Source: an uncultured Acidobacteriota bacterium (GTDB lineage: Bacteria; Acidobacteriota; Blastocatellia; RBC074). Taken from it: DNA of 64,000 nt. The notes beneath the pieces were generated by a model. It was not told the origin of the DNA, searched no databases, and saw nothing but the letters and a program-made list of their open reading frames with translations. Where the stretch lies: assembly GCA_963796275.1 (NCBI GenBank), contig CAWCKY010000006.1:2870899-2934898 (forward strand), in the 5' to 3' direction. This document shows, in pieces, positions 10,463-21,861 of this stretch (positions are counted from its first letter, which is position 1; every line of letters begins with the position of its first letter). Position numbers and translations under genes: made by a program.

Positions 10463-13400
10463 ATGCCTTTGCAAGCCGATCCGCTCTGGTATAGAGACGC
10501 GGTTATTTATGAGCTGCACGTCAAGGCTTTTCACGATAGCAACGGCGATGGCAAAGGCGATCTTCGCGGATTGCTGGAAAAACTCGATTACCTGGAGAGC
10601 CTGAGCGTAACGGCCATCTGGCTGCTGCCTTTTTATCCGTCTCAGCTCAAAGACGACGGATACGACATCGCCGACTATTACCACATCAATCCCGATTACG
10701 GCTCATTGCAGGATTTCCGGGTCTTGTTGCGCGAGGCGCACCGACGCGGCCTTCGTGTGATCACGGAGCTGGTCGTCAATCACACCTCCGATCAACACCC
10801 CTGGTTCAAGCGCGCCCGGCAAGCGAACCCCGGTTCAGCCGCGAGAGATTATTACGTTTGGAGTGAGACACCGGAAAAATACCAGGACGCCCGCATCATC
10901 TTTAAGGACTACGAAACTTCCAATTGGGCATGGGACCCGGCAGCCAGGTCCTACTACTGGCATCGCTTCTATTCGCATCAGCCGGATTTGAACTACGACA
11001 ATCCGGCCGTGCAGAAGGAGATTATGCGCGTGATGGACTTCTGGTTCGGGATGGGAGTGGATGGTCTCCGACTGGACGCCGTTCCCTATCTCTATGAGCG
11101 CGAAGGGACCAATTGCGAGAACCTGCCGGAGACTTACAGTTTCCTCGAACGGCTGCGCGAACACGTGGACAGCAAATACGAGAACCGCATACTGCTGGCG
11201 GAGGCCAACCAGTGGCCGGAAGACGCCGTCGCCTATTTTGGCCAGGGTGACCGATGTCATATGGCGTTCCATTTTCCGGTCATGCCGCGGATGTTTATGG
11301 GGCTGCGCATGGAAGACCGGTTCCCGATCGTGGACATCCTGGAGCAGACCCCGGAGATTGCGGATTCCTGCCAGTGGGCGATGTTTCTGCGTAATCACGA
11401 CGAATTGACCCTGGAGATGGTAACGGACGAGGAGCGCGATTATATGTGCCGCGTCTACGCCAGAGACCCGCGCGCCCAGATCAATCTGGGCATCCGCCGC
11501 CGCCTGGCGCCGCTGCTCGATAACAATCGCCGCAAGATTGAGCTGATGAACGTCCTGCTCTTTTCGCTGCCAGGCACGCCGGTCATTTATTACGGCGATG
11601 AAATCGGCATGGGAGATAATTACTACCTGGGTGATCGGGACGGCGTGCGCACGCCGATGCAGTGGAGCCCGGACCGCAACGCCGGCTTTTCCAGAGCCAA
11701 TCCGCAACAACTCTACCTGCCGGTGATCATCGACCCGGAATATCATTACGAAGCGATCAATGTGGAGACGCAGGATCGAAATCTATCTTCGCTGCTGTGG
11801 TGGATGAAGCGTCTGATCGCGATGCGGAAGCAATATAAGGCTTTCGGGCGCGGGAGTCTGGAATTCCTCTCAACCGACAACACAAAAGTACTGGCGTTCA
11901 TCCGCCAGTATCAGGACGAAACCATCCTGGTGATAATCAGCCTCTCAAGATTTCCGCAGGTAGCCGAGCTGGAGCTAAGCAAATTCATTGGGCAGGTACC
12001 GGTGGAAGTCTACGGTCAGAATAAATTTCCGGCCATCAAAGATTCGCCATACATGTTCACACTGGGGCCTTACGGGTATCACTGGTTGTTGCTGACCCAA
12101 TCGCGGGAGAGCATCAGCGCGGGACAGGCACGGGCTCTGCCGCAGCTCAGCGTCCAGGTACACTGGCAATCCTTGTTGGAACCGGAGGGTCGGGAGAAGT
12201 TGGAAAAAAAGGTACTGCCGCAATATCTGTCAAACTGCCGTTGGTTCGGCGGGAAGGGGCGAATTTTGCAGCAGGTCAAAATCGGGGAGGTCATTCCGCT
12301 CGACGGGGCCGGCGCGCAGTTGGTAACGCTGGAAGTGAACTATACAGAAGGCGCGTCGGAATTATATTTGCTGCCGCTGTCATTCGCCACACAAGAACAG
12401 GCGCTTGAGCTTATTGATGGGTTCCCGCAAAGCGTTATCGCCTGGTTGCTGGTGGGCGATGACGCCGGAATTCTCTATGACGGTATATATGATGAACTAG
12501 TGCGTCAAACCCTGCTTTCAATGATAATCCGGCGCAAGAAAGCGCAGGGCAAACGCGGCGAGCTGACCGGCTACCCGGGTAAAAGACTCCGCGCGCTGGT
12601 AAACAATAAGTTGCCGGCGCTCGATTCGCGCGTGCTGAAAGCGGAACAGAGCAACAGCGCGTTGACGTACGGGAACCAATTCTTCCTTAAGCTCTACCGG
12701 CGACTGGATGAAGGAGTCAATCCCGATCTTGAGATGAGCCGGTTTCTGACGGAAAACACGGACTTCCGCCGGATTCCGCTCTTCGCCGGCGCGCTGGAAT
12801 ACCGGACCAGGAAGAATGAATCTCTGCCTGTGGGCATGTTGCAGAGCTATCTGACCAACGAAGGCGACGGCTGGAGCTTTACGCTCGATGCCGTGGGACG
12901 GTTCCTGGACCGCGTGCTGAGCAAAGGCGCGGAGATGCGCAACGCTCCGCCTCAGTCTCTTTCCATGTTCGAGGTAGATACATCTCAGCTTCCGCCGGAA
13001 TTGAATGAGTTGGTGGCGGGGTTCTACTTTGAGATGGTGCGGCTGCTCGGACAGCGCACCGGAGAGATGCACCTGGCGCTGGCCTCCACGGGAACAGCGC
13101 CGGACTTTGCGCCTGAACCTTTCTCAATGCTCTATCAACGAGCGGTCTACCAGTCTATGCGAAACAATATTCGGCGCGTGCTGCCGTTGCTGGAGAAAAA
13201 CCTGAGCAAACTGGAAGGGGATGTCGCAGCCGAAGCAAAAGCATTGTTTGAAGCGGAGCAGGATTTACTCGATTGCCAGAAACGAATTCTGGAGAAGAAG
13301 ATTTCCGCCACCAAGATTCGCATTCACGGCGATTACCACCTGGGCCAGGTGCTGTTTACCGGCAAGGATTTCGCGATCATAGATTTCGAGGGCGAGCCGA

Positions 13401-13783
13401 CCCGCGCGGCGAGTGAGCGAAGATTGAAGAGGTCCCCTTTCAGAGACGTGGCCGGGATGATTCGTTCATTCCATTACGCAGCTTACAGCGCGCTGCTCGA
13501 ACACGGCAATGTGCGGCAGGAAGACATACCCGCGTTGGAGCAATGGATCGAACCGTGGTACCAGATTGTCAGCGGCAGCTTCCTCGATGAATACCTGAAG
13601 ACGGTTGGACGGGCCGCTTTCATTCCCGCGGAGAGAGAAGAGCGTGAAATCCTGCTGAAGACGTTACTGCTCGATAAGGCGGTTTATGAACTCGGCTACG
13701 AACTGAACAATCGCCCTGCCTGGGCGATGATTCCCATCCGGGGCATCAAGCAGATACTCCAGAACCGGTCCCGGGTGAACTGA
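10463..13783 (+). CDS. treS: trehalose synthase fused to maltokinase (TreS-Pep2/Mak)
   Basis: N-terminal GH13 (ELVVNHTSDQHPWF, RLDAVPYL, FLRNHDELTLEMV, NLGIRRRLAPL); C-terminal kinase (EQSNS, RIHGDYHLGQVL, IIDFEGEP, YELNNRP). Confidence 0.95.
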   Translation: MPLQADPLWYRDAVIYELHVKAFHDSNGDGKGDLRGLLEKLDYLESLSVTAIWLLPFYPSQLKDDGYDIADYYHINPDYGSLQDFRVLLREAHRRGLRVITELVVNHTSDQHPWFKRARQANPGSAARDYYVWSETPEKYQDARIIFKDYETSNWAWDPAARSYYWHRFYSHQPDLNYDNPAVQKEIMRVMDFWFGMGVDGLRLDAVPYLYEREGTNCENLPETYSFLERLREHVDSKYENRILLAEANQWPEDAVAYFGQGDRCHMAFHFPVMPRMFMGLRMEDRFPIVDILEQTPEIADSCQWAMFLRNHDELTLEMVTDEERDYMCRVYARDPRAQINLGIRRRLAPLLDNNRRKIELMNVLLFSLPGTPVIYYGDEIGMGDNYYLGDRDGVRTPMQWSPDRNAGFSRANPQQLYLPVIIDPEYHYEAINVETQDRNLSSLLWWMKRLIAMRKQYKAFGRGSLEFLSTDNTKVLAFIRQYQDETILVIISLSRFPQVAELELSKFIGQVPVEVYGQNKFPAIKDSPYMFTLGPYGYHWLLLTQSRESISAGQARALPQLSVQVHWQSLLEPEGREKLEKKVLPQYLSNCRWFGGKGRILQQVKIGEVIPLDGAGAQLVTLEVNYTEGASELYLLPLSFATQEQALELIDGFPQSVIAWLLVGDDAGILYDGIYDELVRQTLLSMIIRRKKAQGKRGELTGYPGKRLRALVNNKLPALDSRVLKAEQSNSALTYGNQFFLKLYRRLDEGVNPDLEMSRFLTENTDFRRIPLFAGALEYRTRKNESLPVGMLQSYLTNEGDGWSFTLDAVGRFLDRVLSKGAEMRNAPPQSLSMFEVDTSQLPPELNELVAGFYFEMVRLLGQRTGEMHLALASTGTAPDFAPEPFSMLYQRAVYQSMRNNIRRVLPLLEKNLSKLEGDVAAEAKALFEAEQDLLDCQKRILEKKISATKIRIHGDYHLGQVLFTGKDFAIIDFEGEPTRAASERRLKRSPFRDVAGMIRSFHYAAYSALLEHGNVRQEDIPALEQWIEPWYQIVSGSFLDEYLKTVGRAAFIPAEREEREILLKTLLLDKAVYELGYELNNRPAWAMIPIRGIKQILQNRSRVN

Positions 13784-13798
13784 AAGAAGGGAAGACAA

Positions 13799-15793
13799 AT
13801 GCCGGAGAGAGAGCTTGGATCCAAACAACAAAGGGCTGAAACGAGCGACGCCGGCCAAAGCCGTCTGCTGACCGAGCACGACATCTATCTCTTTAAAGAA
13901 GGCAGTCACTTTACCCTTTACGAAAAACTGGGCTCTCATCCGGCGCTATTGTACGGCGAGCCGGGCGTTCGCTTCGGCGTCTGGGCGCCCAATGCGGCCA
14001 GCGTCTCCGTGATGGGAGATTTCAATGAGTGGGATTCGCAAGCCCATCCTTTGCAAGTCAGAGTAGATGGTTCGGGCATCTGGGAAGGCTTCATTCCCGA
14101 TCTTCGTGCGGGAACGGTTTACAAGTACCACATCGCTTCCCGTTATCGCGATTATGAGGTGGACAAGGGCGATCCGTACGCCTATGCGTGGGAGGTCGCG
14201 CCTCGTACAGCTTCGATTGTGGCCGATCTCAGCTACCAGTGGAACGATGCGGAATGGATGGCCAATCGCCGCGAGCGCAATTCGCTGGACTCGCCGCTAT
14301 CAATTTACGAAGCGCATCCCGGATCCTGGCGCCGCGTGCCGGAAGAAAAAAATCGGTTTCTCAACTACCGCGAGCTGGCGCACGAATTGGCCGCCTACGC
14401 CAAACAGATGGGTTTCACGCACGTCGAACTGACGCCGATTATGGAGCATCCGTTTTATGGCTCCTGGGGCTATCAGGTGATCGGCTACTTCGCGCCCAGC
14501 AGCCGTTATGGCTCGCCGCGGGACTTTATGTACCTGGTGGATCACCTGCACCAGCAGGGAATCGGCGTGATCCTCGATTGGGTCCCGTCGCACTTTCCGT
14601 CGGATGAGCACGGTCTGGTCTATTTCGATGGCACGCACCTGTACGAACACGCGGATCCGCGCCTGGGATTTCATCCGGATTGGAACAGCTACATCTTCAA
14701 CTACGGGCGCAAGGAGGTACAGTCTTTTCTGATCAGCAACGCGCTCTATTGGCTGGACAAATATCACATAGATGGGCTGCGAGTGGATGCGGTAGCTTCC
14801 ATGCTCTATCTGGATTACTCACGAAAACCGGGCGAGTGGATTCCCAATGAATACGGCGGGCGGGAGAATTTGGAAGCCGTCGCATTTCTCAGACGCCTCA
14901 ACGAAGTGATCTATCAAACCTATCCGGATGTCCAGACTATTGCGGAAGAATCTACATCCTGGCCCATGGTCTCTCGCCCGATCTACATTGGCGGCCTGGG
15001 CTTCGGTCTGAAATGGAACATGGGTTGGATGCACGACACGCTGGAATATTTCTCGCAGGATCCGATCCATCGAAAATATCATCACAATCAATTGTCCTTC
15101 AGCATCTGGTACGCCTTCGCGGAAAACTTTGTGCTGGCGCTCTCGCACGATGAAGTGGTACACGGCAAAGGCTCTCTGCTCGGTAGACTTCCCGGCGATG
15201 ATTGGCGGAAATTGGCCAACCTGCGCCTGTTGTTCGGCTATATGTATGGCCATCCGGGGAAGAAGCTGCTCTTTATGGGCGGCGAATTCGGGCAATGGCG
15301 CGAATGGAATCACGATGCGAGCCTGGATTGGCACCTGCTCGATCAACCGGCGCATCAGGGAGTGCAACGCTGGGTGCAAGACCTCAATCGGTTTTACAGA
15401 CAGGAGCCGGCTCTCTACGAACAGGATTTTCAGCCCGAGGGGTTCGAGTGGGTGGATTTTCACGATGCGGAAAAAAGCACGCTGAGTTTTCTCCGGCGCG
15501 GCCGCGCGCCCGAGGAACTAATTTTGGTCGTTTGTAACTTCACGCCCGTGCCGCAAACAAATTACCGCGTAGGTGTGCCGGAAGAAGGATTCTGGAAGGA
15601 AATGTTGAACAGCGACGCCAAAGAATACGGCGGCAGCGGATATGGCAACTTCGGCGGGCTGGAAGCGTCGCCCGTCGCCAGCCACGGGAGATACTATTCG
15701 CTCTCGCTGAACGTGCCGCCGCTGGGAGTGATCTTCCTCAAACGTGAGCGGAGCGAGACAGTACGCGGATTCTTCAGTTCCGTGCGCGGCTGA
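13799..15793 (+). CDS. glgB: 1,4-alpha-glucan branching enzyme
   Basis: [52 protein letters not shown]. Confidence 0.95.
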   Translation: MPERELGSKQQRAETSDAGQSRLLTEHDIYLFKEGSHFTLYEKLGSHPALLYGEPGVRFGVWAPNAASVSVMGDFNEWDSQAHPLQVRVDGSGIWEGFIPDLRAGTVYKYHIASRYRDYEVDKGDPYAYAWEVAPRTASIVADLSYQWNDAEWMANRRERNSLDSPLSIYEAHPGSWRRVPEEKNRFLNYRELAHELAAYAKQMGFTHVELTPIMEHPFYGSWGYQVIGYFAPSSRYGSPRDFMYLVDHLHQQGIGVILDWVPSHFPSDEHGLVYFDGTHLYEHADPRLGFHPDWNSYIFNYGRKEVQSFLISNALYWLDKYHIDGLRVDAVASMLYLDYSRKPGEWIPNEYGGRENLEAVAFLRRLNEVIYQTYPDVQTIAEESTSWPMVSRPIYIGGLGFGLKWNMGWMHDTLEYFSQDPIHRKYHHNQLSFSIWYAFAENFVLALSHDEVVHGKGSLLGRLPGDDWRKLANLRLLFGYMYGHPGKKLLFMGGEFGQWREWNHDASLDWHLLDQPAHQGVQRWVQDLNRFYRQEPALYEQDFQPEGFEWVDFHDAEKSTLSFLRRGRAPEELILVVCNFTPVPQTNYRVGVPEEGFWKEMLNSDAKEYGGSGYGNFGGLEASPVASHGRYYSLSLNVPPLGVIFLKRERSETVRGFFSSVRG

Positions 15794-16304
15794 TGATAAT
15801 AGTTGTAACATCTCCACTTTTACTCTGGTACATCGAGACCCAGAAGTTCTCTTCAGGGTCGTCCGTTCGTATGATTTTTGACCCGTCGGGTCTTTGCTCA
15901 ACCTCTGTATCACCAACGACATCGGCCCAGGTCGGGACTTTCTTCGACTCGAAGAAGTAAAGCTGAATCGCTTTCACACTGTCATTGTCATAATGAGCCG
16001 TAAGCCTGTCGTCGCCTCCGATCTTGAAACTGTCTTGAACATTATCCGACAGTTCGGGCTTGCCAAGCGTATCCCGCACCTCATCACGTTTCATTCCGAG
16101 TTTGATGCCGCGATATTCCCGCATGACCTTGATCTCCTTGGAGGATGCTGCAACGGTAGCTGTCTGCCCCTCTTGCTGAGTTATCGCATATCCCAATGTT
16201 TGCGGCTCCTTTTGCTGAGCCGCTAGTGGCGTCAAACCATGCATCCAAAACGCAAGACTTCCAATTGCCAACAGAGCGACGAAGATTATTTGCAGCCGTT
16301 TCAT
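15774..16304 (-). CDS. secreted hypothetical protein
   Basis: N-terminal signal peptide [18 protein letters not shown]; [20 protein letters not shown] resembles a SmpA/BamE-like motif; directly follows the PRC-barrel gene. Confidence 0.65.
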   Translation of the reverse strand: MKRLQIIFVALLAIGSLAFWMHGLTPLAAQQKEPQTLGYAITQQEGQTATVAASSKEIKVMREYRGIKLGMKRDEVRDTLGKPELSDNVQDSFKIGGDDRLTAHYDNDSVKAIQLYFFESKKVPTWADVVGDTEVEQRPDGSKIIRTDDPEENFWVSMYQSKSGDVTTIIISRARN

Positions 16305-16308
16305 GTGC

Positions 16309-16914
16309 TTAACCTCCCATTCTATCTTTCTGCCCTATGAGATTTTCCTCTAATGCCACTTCATGGCCTTCTGATCTGATAGCGTCAGTAGGCTGCGATG
16401 CTCGATTGCGTATCAGTTCAACCTCTCGCACGATGAACCGGGTTCCATCACGTGACCACGCATATGGCAGATCTGCTGAAATATAGAACCCTCTCCCGAA
16501 ATACTTTTGCCAGTGAGATTCGAGTATCTGATAAACAACTCGTTGTGGCTCTTCCATGATTAACACATCGCTCACATCGCCCATGTATTTGCCTTTCTCT
16601 GTCACAATCCTGGCTCCGATGGCTTCCCGGCACGCGCTGATACCACCTCCAATCTTTTCCCGGACACCTGTTTGACTAGAGAGCGCACTCTCCAATATCA
16701 CAACAACGTTATTTCTGTTGAAAATGAAGAAATCGTTAGCTGCAACCGCACAGGTCACGCCTTCGATTGATCGCAGGATGAGTCCGAGCACTGTGCCTTC
16801 GGTGGGATGGATGATGACATCACTAATCTGCCCTACTATCTCGCCGGTTTCAGGCAGAACGACAGGCATCTTTTTTAGCTGGCTCACGGTGTTCAGGGAG
16901 CTTACTTGTTTCAT
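16309..16914 (-). CDS. PRC-barrel domain protein (two barrels)
   Basis: Two repeats of the PRC pattern: MPVVLPETGEIVGQISDVII and GARIVTEKGKYMGDVSDVLI. Confidence 0.75.
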   Translation of the reverse strand: MKQVSSLNTVSQLKKMPVVLPETGEIVGQISDVIIHPTEGTVLGLILRSIEGVTCAVAANDFFIFNRNNVVVILESALSSQTGVREKIGGGISACREAIGARIVTEKGKYMGDVSDVLIMEEPQRVVYQILESHWQKYFGRGFYISADLPYAWSRDGTRFIVREVELIRNRASQPTDAIRSEGHEVALEENLIGQKDRMGG

Positions 16915-17000
16915 CTTCTCTACCTTTTCAGAACTTCATATTTCCTACCTCTTGATTACTCTATTTCGGGTTGATTTTTCAGCAGGCATTTACAGTAATT

Positions 17001-17015
17001 ACAAACTCTGTGCCA
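17001..17015 (-). promoter_or_regulatory. sigma54-like promoter for the PRC-barrel operon
   Basis: Minus strand TGGCAC-AGAGT-TTGT (one mismatch at -12). Confidence 0.55.
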
Positions 17016-17399
17016 GATGTAGGATGTGTCTCCTGACCCTATTTTATTGTGGTTTATGTGCTCGGTAAGACTCTCTGGAGTAGATGGCATTCTTGCCGGT
17101 GTGGCTTTTTGGGACTTCACCCTGACTGAATGCAACAATTTCTTGGCGGGGTTTATTCTGCACATTAGCCCAGGAGGCACATTTGAAGTCGTTATCGAGA
17201 GACTCAGTAACCGGTTTAAACCCGATATCAATGAGATTGAGATCATCATTCTCTACGAGTGGGAAAGAGGCTTTCTGCAACACGCAGTGTTTCTGCGCGC
17301 CACAGGCTATGAAACTTTTTCCGCCCTTTCAAACTTGCCATCCTGGGCGATATCACCAGCAAAGCTACTTTCAGACCGTTATGGGGATCAGCCATCGGC

Positions 17400-17414
17400 T
17401 GGCACGCCCATTGC
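17400..17414 (+). promoter_or_regulatory. sigma54 promoter for the USP gene
   Basis: TGGCAC-GCCCA-TTGC, exact consensus. Confidence 0.75.
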
Positions 17415-17490
17415 ACTTTCAATAGGTGTTGGACGAATTGTTTCTATTTCAACACGGCTAAAAATAGGAAATCGAATGATGGATTGTAGA

Positions 17491-18453
17491 ATGAAAATAC
17501 TGATTGAATACGATGGATCGAGGCGCGCCGATGATGCGATCGAGGATCTGCAGAATGCCGGACTGCCGAAAGAGGCGAAGATTAAAATCGTTTCCGTTGT
17601 TGAGCCAATCATACCAACAGGGATGCCGGAAATTCCTTGTAGCGTCACATTCGCGCAAGTTACCGAACGCAAGGTTCAGCTATCGAGGTTAGCGGTCAAA
17701 GAGGCCTGCGAGCGGTTGAGCGAGTTATTCCCTGATTGGGAGCTGGACAACGCAGTCTATCAAGGGAAAACGGAGCTGGCGATTATCGGGCTCGCAGCGA
17801 AGTGGAAACCGGATCTGGTGGTCATTAGCCCGTTGAACCGCAATGTATTAGGACGGCTGATTTTCGGTAGTCTGTCGCGGAGCATCGTCGAGAGATCTTC
17901 CTGCTCAGTGCGTGTAGCTCGCCCCGCGGATATATGGGATGGAAGCGGGCTTCGCTTACTGATCGGTTTTGACGGCTCATCTAGCTCAGAGGCGGCTGTA
18001 TGTGAAGTCGCTTCACGACAATGGCCGAAAGGGGCTCAAGTGCGTTTAGTTACAGGTTTCAAGTCGTCATTCGATTTACGCTCGGAGCTGTACGATGTTG
18101 AGGAACCGCTTCTTCGTATGCGCCTGGATCTGGCGGTTAGATTGCTGCGTGCCGCAGGGTTAGTGGTCTCCCAAGTAATAAGGGGGGAATCGCATAGACA
18201 GGTGATACTCGACGAAGCAGTGAGATTTGGTGCGCACTGCATCTTCCTCAGCGGTGATGATCGCGGCGGGTTCAGGCGCCTGGTTTTCGGCAGCACTGCG
18301 GCGGCTGTGGCTTCAAAGGCTCGATGCACAGTTGAAGTGGTTCGTGAAAAAAAGAGGCGCCTGATAGCAATAGACTCTGGTGCCAGACGGAAGGTGCCAA
18401 GGCGAACGGTATTTGAGGCAGCATCCTGGACGTCAGCGCAAGTGAGTTCGTGA
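17491..18453 (+). CDS. universal stress protein, tandem USP domains
   Basis: MKILIEYDGS...LIFGSLSRSIVERSSCSVRVAR and RLLIGFDGS...LVFGSTAAAVASKARCTVEVVR; the ORF extension to 17026 runs through the promoter and is not credible. Confidence 0.85.
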   Translation: MKILIEYDGSRRADDAIEDLQNAGLPKEAKIKIVSVVEPIIPTGMPEIPCSVTFAQVTERKVQLSRLAVKEACERLSELFPDWELDNAVYQGKTELAIIGLAAKWKPDLVVISPLNRNVLGRLIFGSLSRSIVERSSCSVRVARPADIWDGSGLRLLIGFDGSSSSEAAVCEVASRQWPKGAQVRLVTGFKSSFDLRSELYDVEEPLLRMRLDLAVRLLRAAGLVVSQVIRGESHRQVILDEAVRFGAHCIFLSGDDRGGFRRLVFGSTAAAVASKARCTVEVVREKKRRLIAIDSGARRKVPRRTVFEAASWTSAQVSS

Positions 18454-18519
18454 AGCGGAACTTTCTCAGAAACTCGCCCTCATATTCGGTCATGCTGCCG
18501 AAACGACTTCATTCTCCCG

Positions 18520-21495
18520 TTAGACCAGTTCCAGCATCGCTACTGGTAGCCGTGAAAAGAGCTCGGCCAGCAGTAGCCCGCTTCCGTTGCTCTGTTTATT
18601 TACCGGCAGCACCTCACCGGTAAAAACATTCCGGTAACGACAGAACTTCATGTTCTTCTCCATCGCGATGTATGTTTCGTTCCAGGCGTCTCGACCGATC
18701 GGTAGCCGATCTGGCGTCCCGAGCTGCAAGAAGAAACGCCCCGTCGCCGTGATGACAGATTTGTTTCTCAGGGTGCGTGAGAAGGCGATTACGTGATTCT
18801 TCCTGCTGCCGGCAACTTTCAGAGGCTGATAATCTCCGGTCGCGAATAGTTCATGCTGCGCTCGGCGAAAGTTCAGGGCCTGCTTCATCAGGTACATCTT
18901 GATGCGCCCATCTTCGGGGCGTTGCATCATTCGCTCGATGAAGCCGAGCAAATCGCCTCTCTCTGCTTCATGGATTTCAGCCAGCAATCTCCGTCTTTGC
19001 GTAAAATCCACCGGCCGGCGGTTGTCAGGATCGACCAGACTGAAGTCCCAGATTTCTGTGCCTTGATAAAAATCCGGCACCCCGGGCGAAGTGATCTTAA
19101 GCAAAGTTTGCGATAGAGAATTGAACATTCCGGCGCGGGCGATCGTCTGTTGAAAATCGGTGAATTCATTCAGGAAGCGATTCTCAGGCGCAAGCCCCAG
19201 AATGGCTCGGATGAATCGACGCACGCCGTGTTCGTAAGCTCCATTCGGACTGATCCAGCTTGAATGGAGTTTGGCCTCTCTGATGGCTTTGATTACATAC
19301 TCTTCCATTCGCCAGGAGAACTCATCGAACTCGCCCCCTGGCCCATCTTCTGTCGGGGGTGAGATCGGCCAGGCCCCGACGAGCGTCTGATAGATCAGGT
19401 ATTCATCGTTGGCGTCCGGCGCTTCTATGCCGTTGATCGGGGTTCTGTGATCCTGGTTCAGTTTTTGCCAGCGCAAAATGTTGCGATACCACTGGGCGGG
19501 TATCTCGGAGAGCACATTCAAGCGAGCGCGCACGTCCTCACTGCGCTTGGTGTCGTGTGTTGAGGTGGCGGAAAGCCCGTGCGGACGCTCGTGCATTCGC
19601 TGCTGGTTCTTGTCGTGGAAGACCTCCACCGTGATCCCGAACCGCGCCGGATCGCCGCCCACTTCGTTGAGCGAGGCGAGCGGAAAGTAACGATAAAAGG
19701 CAGTGTCTTCCAGCCCTTTCGCCATCACTGGGCTGGTTATCTGCTGGAAGCGCAATACGAAATTACGCCGCTCGGCGATCTGTTCCTCGCTTAGCCCTTC
19801 TGGATCTTCAAGCAACAGCAGTGATCCGATGAAATCGAAGAGAGAAAGACTGGTCGCCGGATTACGTTTCTTAGCGTCTCGAATTGCGCGGCGAATATGT
19901 CGTTGATCCTCTTCGTTCACTTCTGTCTGGTCGAGCCGCGTATAGGTGCGGTAGATCGGGAAGCTGGCGATCACTTCGCCGAGCGCGTATTGAAGACTGT
20001 TGAATGTGAAGTCGCGTGAAAAACGTTGCTGTTCCGAGATTCGGTCGAGTTTTCGCGCCAGAACGTTCAGCTCACTCGACATCGCCACGCGCAGAATGAG
20101 TTTTTTACTCTCGTATACAAGATCGGGAAAGCTGATAACCAGTTCCGTGAAACGATCGTATAGACTATGAAATGCTTGCTTGCCCGCTGTGTCAACAAAG
20201 ACTCCGTTGAGGAGATTCATAAAACCGTAACCCGTAGTGCCATGGACTATCCAATCCGGGTGCAGTATTTCATCGTGACCGAGAATCTTCTCTACGACAA
20301 TATAGACCGGAAGAGATGGCACGGTTGTCTGTTGAGATTGTGAGGGCATCTGCGACGCAGAAGCGGCGACGCCGAGAGGTTGATTTAACGAGTCGAGGCA
20401 TCCGGCCTGAAGATCATTCAAGTACTGTACCGGATCGAACAAACCGTCGACGTGGTCAATGCGCAACCCAGTCACCTGACCCTGCCTCATTAGTTGAAAG
20501 ATCAACCTGTGAACTGCCACAAAGACCTCCGGCTCCTCCACTCGGATAGCTGCCAGCTCATTGATATCGAAGAAGCGCCGGTAGTTGATCTCATCTGCAG
20601 CCACGCGCCAATTGCTGAGGCGATAAGCTTGATCGGCGAGCAGCCGCTCCAGCCGGTTAAAGGTGCGCGGGGAGCCTCGTTCGCCGTTGAGCGCTGTGAG
20701 AACTTCGTCCAACTCTCGCCGTGCTTCATCACACTCTTCGATGAGCTTGTCGAGCCGCCGCTTGATGACCTCCTTCTCGCGCTGCCGTTCTTTGAGTCTC
20801 GCTTCGTCGGTCTCTGACCGCGGCGGCAGATACCGGAGCGCTGTAATGATACTTTCCAGCTCAGCCAAGTCATGAGGCGATACCTTGTTTCTACCGCGCA
20901 GCTCTTCCAGCAAGGGTTCGAGAATGTGAGTGTAAGTCCGCGGCGCTATCGGCAGGCGGGTCTCATAGTATCTGACAAAAAAGGCTCCGCGCTCGTATTC
21001 GAGCCTGAGTTCCTGATTCTCCAGCACTCGGCCGTATTGCTCGCCCAACATCGGGAGCAAAACTTTTTCGGCCAGGTCTAGCTTGGGCGGCAGCCAATCG
21101 ATGTCAAAGAAGCGCGCATATGGCGAGCTGGGGCCATTTTCCAATACGTCATTCCACCACTGATTGGCGCCGTATGCGATGCACATATGGTTTGGGACGA
21201 CATCCAGAATCAACCCCATCCGGCAATTTTTAAGCGACTGCGCGAATCTAGCAAACTCTGTTTCATCGCCGATTTCGGGGTTGAGCCGGGAATGGTCAGT
21301 AATATCGTATCCGTGCGGACTGCCGACGCGGGCCGCCAATAGCGGGGATGTGTAACAATTAGTGATACCGAGATCGTGCAGGTATTCGACCAGCTCACCT
21401 GCTTGCTTAAAGGTGAACTGGTTGTTGAGTTGCAAACGATAAGACGAGCTCGGGATCCGCGTCCGTATCGTTTCTGTCTCGCCGAATGTTTGCAT
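18520..21495 (-). CDS. treY: malto-oligosyltrehalose synthase
   Basis: [77 protein letters not shown]. Confidence 0.95.
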   Translation of the reverse strand: MQTFGETETIRTRIPSSSYRLQLNNQFTFKQAGELVEYLHDLGITNCYTSPLLAARVGSPHGYDITDHSRLNPEIGDETEFARFAQSLKNCRMGLILDVVPNHMCIAYGANQWWNDVLENGPSSPYARFFDIDWLPPKLDLAEKVLLPMLGEQYGRVLENQELRLEYERGAFFVRYYETRLPIAPRTYTHILEPLLEELRGRNKVSPHDLAELESIITALRYLPPRSETDEARLKERQREKEVIKRRLDKLIEECDEARRELDEVLTALNGERGSPRTFNRLERLLADQAYRLSNWRVAADEINYRRFFDINELAAIRVEEPEVFVAVHRLIFQLMRQGQVTGLRIDHVDGLFDPVQYLNDLQAGCLDSLNQPLGVAASASQMPSQSQQTTVPSLPVYIVVEKILGHDEILHPDWIVHGTTGYGFMNLLNGVFVDTAGKQAFHSLYDRFTELVISFPDLVYESKKLILRVAMSSELNVLARKLDRISEQQRFSRDFTFNSLQYALGEVIASFPIYRTYTRLDQTEVNEEDQRHIRRAIRDAKKRNPATSLSLFDFIGSLLLLEDPEGLSEEQIAERRNFVLRFQQITSPVMAKGLEDTAFYRYFPLASLNEVGGDPARFGITVEVFHDKNQQRMHERPHGLSATSTHDTKRSEDVRARLNVLSEIPAQWYRNILRWQKLNQDHRTPINGIEAPDANDEYLIYQTLVGAWPISPPTEDGPGGEFDEFSWRMEEYVIKAIREAKLHSSWISPNGAYEHGVRRFIRAILGLAPENRFLNEFTDFQQTIARAGMFNSLSQTLLKITSPGVPDFYQGTEIWDFSLVDPDNRRPVDFTQRRRLLAEIHEAERGDLLGFIERMMQRPEDGRIKMYLMKQALNFRRAQHELFATGDYQPLKVAGSRKNHVIAFSRTLRNKSVITATGRFFLQLGTPDRLPIGRDAWNETYIAMEKNMKFCRYRNVFTGEVLPVNKQSNGSGLLLAELFSRLPVAMLELV

Positions 21496-21612
21496 AAACA
21501 CGGTACCTTTTTGTTGAGGAGTCAAACTTGACTTCTCTTACTAAGCCGCCGAATGATCAACAACAGGTTGATACCTGTACCCGTTTCAGTGTTTGAGTCG
21601 CGATTAGAAACT

Positions 21613-21627
21613 TCAAGTTCCGTGCCA
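21613..21627 (-). promoter_or_regulatory. sigma54-like promoter for treY
   Basis: Minus strand TGGCAC-GGAAC-TTGA (one mismatch at -12). Confidence 0.55.
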
Positions 21628-21760
21628 CAGGGTGCACAATGAGTCAGATCAAGCAGTTAGTGAATCTGCCTGCTTTGAGAAAGGATATTCAGTTAACTCC
21701 GGCTGGGGCATTCTGCAACATGGAGTGAATTGAATCTCACAAAGACTAAGGTGATGAGTG

Positions 21761-21775
21761 TGGCAAGAAAATTGC
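21761..21775 (+). promoter_or_regulatory. sigma54 promoter for the two-component operon
   Basis: TGGCAA-GAAAA-TTGC (GG-N10-GC conserved). Confidence 0.65.
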
Positions 21776-21861
21776 AAAATGTATTAAACGCATTAACTGT
21801 CTGGATTGGACGACAAGCAGCAGATGTCGATGAAATTGGTAGTGAAGGATCGGTCCGGGGT

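Noticed and set aside
17026-17490. 155-codon N-terminal extension of the USP ORF
   Set aside because: Low-GC, not protein-like, and contains the sigma54 promoter and UAS candidate; the USP fold starts at MKILIEYDGS
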